A stretch of 64,000 nt of DNA from a virus: IMG/VR virus record IMGVR_UViG_3300032053_000048, positions 1 to 64,000 of that record. The stretch is one strand, 5' to 3'. Below, one piece after another: positions 10,401 through 19,400 of this stretch (the first letter of the stretch is position 1; each line of letters opens with the position of its first letter). Below the pieces are notes generated by a model. It was given only the letters and a program-made list of their open reading frames with translations. It was not told the DNA's origin and ran no database searches. A program made the translations under genes and the position numbers.

Positions 10401-13400
10401 GAGAAGATCGAGACCGTTCAACCCCAGGTAAGTGTTAAGGAACTTTCTTTGACACACAGGATTCCTATTGGAGCCGAAGGATATGATTATCCGAACAAAG
10501 CATTGGAACCAGTTATCAAACGTGATGTGACTGCGTATGCCAAGGAAGTAGGCCGGGTACTTGGTTGGGAACATGAGACTGATAAGAAAGGGAAGATCGT
10601 TTATTCTCATGTAAATCTTCCACCTGCAGGTGGCGAGGCTACGTTCAAGTTATTCAAGCCAGGAAGCGATATAGGAATTTATGTCAAGATTCCTTATGAA
10701 CCAACCGAGATACTTCCATCAGGAGAATATGGAAGTATTTATTCAATCCAAGGCACCTTAGAAAAGCAGGGTTTTGGGCCCATCTTGTACCGACTCACCA
10801 GCAGGTCAACCGGGAAAGATAATGCTAATCACTGGATTGGGGTTGTCGATGCCGGGGAGATGGCCAACCAGATCAGGAAACTTGCTGAGTCATTTGAGAA
10901 AGCCACTCCCGAGGTGATCGCTGAAAAACCAATGACAGCTGAGCAGAAGATCATAGAGCAGAATAAAAAAACCCTGCCTAATATGAGCATCGGGCGGAGG
11001 GGAGCAATAGCCTATAAGTCTATCCTTAAAGCAATACCTATCCTTCCGCAGCTCAAACCTGGCGACTATTACAGGTCTGGTGAGAGAGGAGATGCTATAA
11101 TGCCGTTCTCGATAGAGGCAGTGCCAATAGAGGCCGGTCAGAGGATATTCCCGGACCCGGACGCATATATTCTGACTCTTGCCCATACTTACGAGCAGAT
11201 GGGTGATCTGATGTGGGACCCAAGGATAGATGTTGCTGTTTATCCTGCTTATGGAATTGTGATACCGGTATATTATACCATGAGTGGCCTTGGAATTGCA
11301 AGGGAGTATGTTGTTGATGGTAAGATCGATGAAAAAGGCATGAACGATACTTTTGCTTTCATCCCTCAATGGATGAATAACATCGTGGCCCAGGGAAGAT
11401 CAATAACCGGCGAAAATAAGGAGAAGATTCTGCCTGATCTCGAATATGAACAGAGACCGATAACAGACCGGGAAATCATAAAGGTTCCAAGTGCAGAAGA
11501 TTGGACATATACCGGTGGAAAGGTAATCTCAATAAAGGATACCCCTATCGGCACTGAATATAAAGTCCGATATGATATACCAGGGAAAGGATCATACACA
11601 GCTGCGTTTTATTCAGATAATAAAAACCTGCAGATTCCTGAGGCATTCGAGACAGACGCAGAACTGGAGGCCTTTAGAAGCTCCCTGGTATCTGATACAA
11701 AAGAGCCCAAGAGCCCACAGGACAGGCTTGTCGATATGGTCAAAACCGAACTCGAAGCAGGCCAGAAGATCACTAACACACCTCAGCTGGTTAAGATAGC
11801 AGAGGCAGCCGGAATGAAGATAGGCGAACATTATACTGATATCAAAGAACTTTACGATATCGCATCTCTGGCACTTAACAGGTATATCAACGAGGTTGGT
11901 GAAAGGTTCAATCCTTTCAGGATGGACCAGGCTCAGGCTAAGAATATTGTCGAGGAACTGATCAACCTGCAGGACCTGCTCCCTACCGAAACTCAAAGAT
12001 CGAGAACACAGGTAGAGCTGCAGCAATACAGTACGCCTCCGGCACTGGCTTTCCTCTCGAACTGGATTGCCGAGGTAGGCCCGGGAGATACTATGCTCGA
12101 ACCATCAGCAGGTGAGGGTAACATAGCAATATTCGCAAAGAATACCGGTGCCAGGGTGGTAGTCAATGAATACGACCAGAACCGTATTAATCTCCTGAAG
12201 ATGCTCGGCTTTGATAAGATCACCAAGGAAGATGCCAAGTATGTATTTGCCGTCAATTCGCTGAAATCGGACAAGATCACTGTTGTTGTGATGAACCCGC
12301 CTTTCTCGAAAGATGTTGCTCTTGGTGGGAAAATGGACCTTCATGGAGCCGAGAAACATATCTCAGGTGCGCTCAAGAAGCTGGAACCTGAGGGTAGGCT
12401 GGTAGCCATTGTTGGCAAGGGTATGGGGTTTGATAGCCCTACTCACCGGGAATGGTGGGATAAGATCAAGAAAGGTTATAATGTAAAGGCCAATATCCTC
12501 ATCTCCGGTGATGCCTACGCTAAGAAAGGAACCTCCTTTGATAACCGGCTGGTTGTAATAGACAAAACCGGTGAAACCCCTCAAAATGCGGTAATTTTGA
12601 CAGGATATGCCGAAAACTACTCAGATTTAACAGATTTATTAGCTCAGATTCCAAATAAAGTTCGTAATTTTGAAAGAGATGAAAACGTTACTGGATATAG
12701 CAAGGGAAAAACTGCACCAGTTTCACGCCCCGGCGAACCCACTGGTCCCGGTCCTGCCACAACTGATGTTGGTGGTATTCAACGAGGAGACACCGGACAA
12801 CCTGGACCTATCGATATACGACCGGCAGGAGATGGAAAACCAGATACAGGACCTTCTGACATCAACAGACAAGGCGGTACTCAACTGGCTAAACCTGGTG
12901 GACCAGGACAGGTCGGAGGAGGTATCTCAAAAACTGGAACAGGCGGGGACAGTCGAAAGGGTAAGGCAGGTCCTGGTAGAGGAGGTATTGTTCGAGGCAA
13001 TGCAGGACCGACTGGAGGACTTCCCGAACAATACAAGAATAAGCCCGGCGGAGAAATACCGGGGAGAGGCATTTCTGTAGTTCGCTTACCTAAAAGCGAG
13101 GCCCATAACCTCACCAATAGAGGTTATGATAAATACACACCAGAAATTACCATTGAAGGAGCTAAAGATCACCCGACACCACTTGTCGAGTCTTCTGCTA
13201 TGGCATCTGTACCACTTCCAGAGACAGACTACTCACCAGCACTTGCAAAATCAACAGTAGATTCAGGAGCATTAAGCAGCGCTCAACTTGAGGATATCAT
13301 ACTTGCCGGTAATGCAAATGAACAGATATTACCATCGGGAGAGCGTAGGGGATTCTTCCTGGGTGCCGGAACGGGATACGGTAAAGGACGTACAATAGCC

Positions 13401-16400
13401 GGAATTCTTCTCGATAACTGGAACAAGGGTCAGACTAAAGGAGTATGGATTTCTATAAATGATAAAGCTCACAGAGATAGCCCTGACTACTGGACAGCAG
13501 TTGGAGGCGATGAAAAGGTATTGATCAAGACTACTCCCAATGCTAAAGGACCTATAAAGATCGAGAAAGGGATATTATTAACAACCTACGGGACCGTAAG
13601 ATCAAAATTTAATCCTAAACTCCGAAGGACCGAGGATGATCTGAAAAACTATTTCTCAGAACCATTTACAAGCAGGGTTCAGCAACTTGCTCAGTGGCTT
13701 GGCAGGGATTTCAGTGGTGTGATAGTTTTTGATGAAAGTCACAATATGGCAAATGCCATATCAACAAGGGGAACGAGGGGTCGTAAGAAACCATCAAATA
13801 CTGCTCTTGCTGGTATGGAATTACAACGTATGCTACCCAATGCAAAGATCATCTATTCATCAGCAACAGGAGCAACGGAGGTTTCAAATCTTGTGTACGC
13901 TCAAAGATTAGGACTTTGGGGTGACGGTACTGCCTTTGAGAAAGCAGATGATTTCATAAATGCCGTTGATACAGCCGGGGTATCCGGTATGGAGATAATA
14001 TCAAAGGACCTCAAATCAATGGGACTCTATACTGCTAAGACTCTTTCTTTTGATGGGGTTGAATATGACACCCTCAGGCATAATCTGGTCCCTGCACAGG
14101 TGAACCTTTATAACCAGGTAGCCGATGCCTGGCAGATAGTATTAAAAAATATTAATGCTGCCATAGAGGTTAATGAAACAAGCAAGGAAGCCAAGGCTGC
14201 AGCAATGTCAGCTTTTTGGGGTGCTCATCAGAGGTTCTTTGGCCAGATCATCAATGCGATGCAGATGCCGACTCTCATCAAGGATATTCAGAAGAATCTT
14301 GATGAAGGTAATGCGGTTGTAGTTCAGCTTGTGAATACAAATGAGATGCAACTCGAAAGAGCCCTCGCAGAAGCAAGAGAGGAATCAGAAGGAGAACTCG
14401 ATCTTGAGGACCTGGACCTTTCGCCCAAAAGTATAATTCTGGATTTTCTTTATAATAGTTTTCCGGTCCAGCAATTTCAGGAAGCAACCGATCAGGATGG
14501 GAATATAGTCAAAGTTCCGGTTATAGATTCCGAAGGTAAACCAGTTCTGAATCCTGAATCAGTTGCGAAACGAGACAAATTACTTGAGGAACTTGATAAG
14601 TCAATAGTTCTTCCAGAGGCACCTATCGATATGTTATTGAATACATTTGGTATTGATAATGTTGCGGAGGCTACAGGAAGGGGAAAGAGAGTTGTTCTTA
14701 AACCAGGCAAGGATGGTAAATTAACCAAACAGGAAGAAACCAGGACTGACTCTAATGTCAAACAGGACGTAAATAACTTCATGGATGGTGAGAAGAATAT
14801 GTTAATATTCTCTAAAGCCGGAGGAACAGGAGCATCTTATCACTCTGATCTTTCAAGAAAGAATCAGAAAAGACGTGTTCATTATGTTTTGCAGGCCGGA
14901 TGGCAGGCTGATGCAGCAATCCAGGGATTTGGCCGTAGTCACCGAAGTAACCAACGAGTACCACCGCTATTTAAACTGGTGACTACCGATCTTAGGGCAC
15001 AAAGAAGATTTCTTTCGTCAATAGCTCGCAGACTGGAACAACTTGGGGCCCTTACTAAAGGCCAGAGAGATACCGGAGGTGCAGGAGTTCTTGACGGTTC
15101 CTATAATCTCGAAGGCCGTTATGCAAAACAGGCTCTTTTTGAATTCTATCAGGACGTTGAAAATGGCAGGGTCCCTGGAGTTGATATGGCTACCTTGGAA
15201 GATCAGATGGCACTTAAAATTTATCGGGAGGACCAAAGCGGAACAAGGGTTTATAACGAGAACGTTATCTTCAATACCAAACAGTTCTTGAATCGCCTGA
15301 TGTCCCTCAGGGTTGATCTCATGGATAAGGTTTTCGATGGGTTTATCAATAAACTTGATGAGGAGGTCAATGCTGCTATTCTGTCGGGGTCGTATGATGC
15401 AGGTATTGAAAATGTCAAGGCCGAAAAGATCAGAGTAGTTGACGAGCAACTAATATATACCGACCCGAGAACCAAAGGTAAAACCTATATAACAACCTTT
15501 GAACTTACGCTAAAGAACGACAAACGGGACTGGAAACGGATAATGGCTGAAACAGCAGCCTACGATCAGTTAGGCAGGTTTATGGGTTATTATCAGGAAA
15601 AAAACTCAGGTAAGATTTATGCTATGGTTCAGCAGAGGATAATGGATGCTGATGGCTCGACAGAGACAAAGATAAAAAGAATGAGTGTTATTGCTGATCA
15701 TCATATCGACTACAGAGAGCTCAGGGAGAAGTACAATGAACTGAAAAAAGATGTGGCTAAGGAAATATGGGATAAGGATTTTGCCGAATATCCTGATTTT
15801 CGTAACCGTACCGAAACTATTGTCAAGGGTCTCATCTTGCCGATCTGGAATCGACTACCAAACAATATCAGTGTCAAGAGATATATCGATGAAAAGGGAC
15901 AGGCTCATCTTGGCAGGTATTTTCCACCCAAGGATATACAGAGGATAGTCAAGGACTTTGAGGTAGCAAGTACTCAGAAATACTCACCGGAACAGATCAA
16001 GAAGATCGTGAAAGATGGTGGCATGGTCCGTATGGCTAACGGTTTTGAATTTACCAAGGGCAAATACCAGGGAATACCGGTGATAAAGATTGAGAATACA
16101 AGGTCATACAGAGATGGCGAAAGGCTTGAACGGTCTGGTGCAACTTTCGTTGTATCCAGTTCTATGACGATGGCTGGTGATTATTATATCTCAATGGACA
16201 AGGCCTCTGATGTGATCAGTGAGATAGAGAGGCTATTCGGAACTACAGTTGTTCATGCCGAGGACTCGGACGGTAACTTTATAATGGCTAAACCCGAGGG
16301 ACCGGCTTTCATGCGCAGGCCCAAGGACCTGAGGGGAGAACCTTCAATATGGGAAGACCCGAGATTTAAACGTTATGAACTGGCCCCGGGAGAATTCGCC

Positions 16401-19400
16401 GAAGGTCAGATGAAGGCACTTTTCGAGAGCGAGGTAATACGCAGGGCCAGGATAATGATGGCTCACTCCAATGTCAATATCAATGTTGTTAAGACAAAAG
16501 CCGATCTACCTCAGGAATTACAGGATTATGCGATAAGACAATTTGGAGATCTCTCCAGTAGCGAGATTCCTTCCGTATATGACCGTAAGAACAAGGTTAT
16601 CTACATCGTAGTCGAGGATACAAAAAGCATTTCCGATCTGACAAGTAATATGGCGCATGAGGTTGTTGCTCATTATGGACTTGAAAGATTACTTGGTAAA
16701 GACGCTTATCTCGATGTTCTGAAACTGACCTACCGGGGAATGTCACCGGTCGATGCTGTGGAGCTGGCAGCAAGGTACAAGGTTGACCCTGAGGACTGGA
16801 AGACGATAGCCGAGGAATACATAGGCGATACCGCAGGAGCCGGGAAGATGAACCCTTCATTATGGCAGAGAATAATAACCAAAATCAGGGAATGGATTCG
16901 TAAGTTGTTTAATATTCCAATGTCAAAGGCCGAGATCATTGTACTACTTAACAAGTCCCGGGAAGCCCTAAGACGCAACAAGTATGTTCCCGAACCAACA
17001 GAGGAGCAACTTGCAGGTGATTATATGAAGACTCTCACAGGGTTTGCAGCAAGAAAAGAACCTCAGCCTACCAAACACGCATACGGTATTAAGGTTAGCG
17101 GTTCTCAGACTCTTGAGACGGATATTGCAAAAGGTAACCAGGACTATCAGACCTATTTCGCAGCTGCTACGCCGGTAATAGGCAGTAAAGCTGTTCGCTG
17201 GATTGAGAGAGCAATGGTTAGGGCTGGATTCGATCAGGAGAATATTGTAAATTATCTTAATTCAAAGATACTCCGTTATAAAGGCGATGACAAACTGCAG
17301 AAACCCTTTATTGATGCTCTTGAATACGTTGAGGCTAATCCACCAATGAAACCAGAACCACTCTACCAGGTTATGATCGGAAAGGGCAAAACTCCTAATG
17401 ATCTTAACCTTATCGACAAGGACCATTCGGTTACAGAAGATAATATGGAGAGTATAATGAACCAGCTGGACGTGGAAGGTAAATTCGACCCCACGTTTAA
17501 CTATCGCAATATCCAAAGTGGAGCTGATCTATACCGCAAGATGGTTGGTATCTATGGAAGCGACCGGGAGGCATCGCTGGCTCTTTCCAGGGCAGGTATT
17601 GACGGAATGAGGTTTATTGAACAGGAAATGGGGAACGCTCAGCCATTTAAGGTCGATTCATATATCATTTTTGATAATACACCCATTGATGTACTTAACC
17701 AGATCGCTTTCAAGCGCAGGAATAAACCTGTATTTGCCGGGGAACATATAGCCAGGGCAGGCCAGAGATATACCCTGAAACAGACCAAGCGGAACTGGAA
17801 TAAGATTCTTACCGGGATGCGGGAGTTCATTCAGGATATGGACTTACCGATTCGTAAGTTTGAGGAGGAGGTACTTAAACGTGGAGGTTTCCAGACTAAT
17901 GAGATGAAGCCCTACCGGGATAAAAGCCTTACTTTTGGTCGCCAGGAAACTCTTTATAAGGAGTTCCTTAACCTTATGGAGGGAGTTACCGGAACCTCAG
18001 TCAAGATATCTCAGGCAACAGGACTGCCTATTGAGAATGTTCTGGCCTACACAATAGCCAAACACGCACCGGAGAGGAACTTATATCTTCGCACAAAAGA
18101 GTTCGATGAGATAATGAAGGTTGCCGACCCAAACCTAACCCAGGCAGAGATTGATGAGATAAAGGATTTTCTCGCTCAAAAAGACTACGCTGGTGTGATG
18201 CAGTTCGACACCGATGAGGCAGGTGTAGCACTCGGTAATTATGAATATCCTGATGAACTTGCGAAAGTCATTACTGATGAATTCGAGTCCGTTGTACCGG
18301 ATAAGATGACAAAGGAATTATGGTCAAATATCCGCAAGGCATCAACAAAAGTACTTGATTATTGGGAGATGGGAGAGCAGATTTCTCCTGAAATGAAGCA
18401 GGAATATCTCGACAGGTACAACTATTTCGTGCCACTCCGGGGCTGGAGGCATGGTTATGCCAAGTACCTCAGGTTTGTAAGGGGCCAGGGAGTTTCGAGA
18501 TCACTGATTCATGCCGAAGGTCGTCAATCTCTGGCAGACAACCCGTTTGTTTACCTTCAGGAAACAGCTTTCAAGGCTATTGGCGAGATGATAGATAACG
18601 AGGTTAAGACAGCAATGCTGAAGCTCATCATGCGTAACTTGTCGAGTTCAGAGCTCTACGATATGGTAACAATCAAAAAGCTTTATTATGTTGCCAATGA
18701 GCTACCTGATGGAACCTACGAATGGGAGCCGACTATTATACGGCCACCGCAGGCAATGTTTAATGCCGGAACCGCAACTATGAAAATCTATAATCAGCAT
18801 CACAGGCTCAGAACACCAGGACAGGCCAAGGAATCGGAGGTTATTGTACACCGGCCTAATGGTGATATTGTGATGATTTTCAAGGACCCGCAAATATCGG
18901 TCGCTCAGGCACTCAACAAGCGCAATTATATGTTCAAAAGCATCTTTGGAGGCATCCATGATGCCAGATCAATGAATGATGCTGTTATTCCATTGTCGTA
19001 CATGACAAACTTCCTGAAGGCCACAATGACATCATGGAACGTGGTTTTCCCGTTTACTAACTTCCTTCGTGATGCACCAGAGGCTGCCCTGACACAGCTC
19101 ATCAAAGGCGAGCATGGTCATAATGTAATCTTAAATTATCACAGAGCCTTCCCTTCATTAGTGAGATTTATGAGGGGTAAACTTAACCTAAATGACCCAA
19201 ATGACGTTGAGCTCCTTAACTTTTATCGTGCTGGTGGAGCAACGGGATTTACTCATCCAATGACTTCTGAGGACGCAGAAAGAAAGATGATGGTCAAAAT
19301 GGAGAGAATGTTAGGTCGGGGAACCGTAAGGGGAGCGGCTGTTCATTATGGACAAACCCTTGTTGAGGCAGTTTCGATGTGGAATCAGCTCTTTGAGGAT

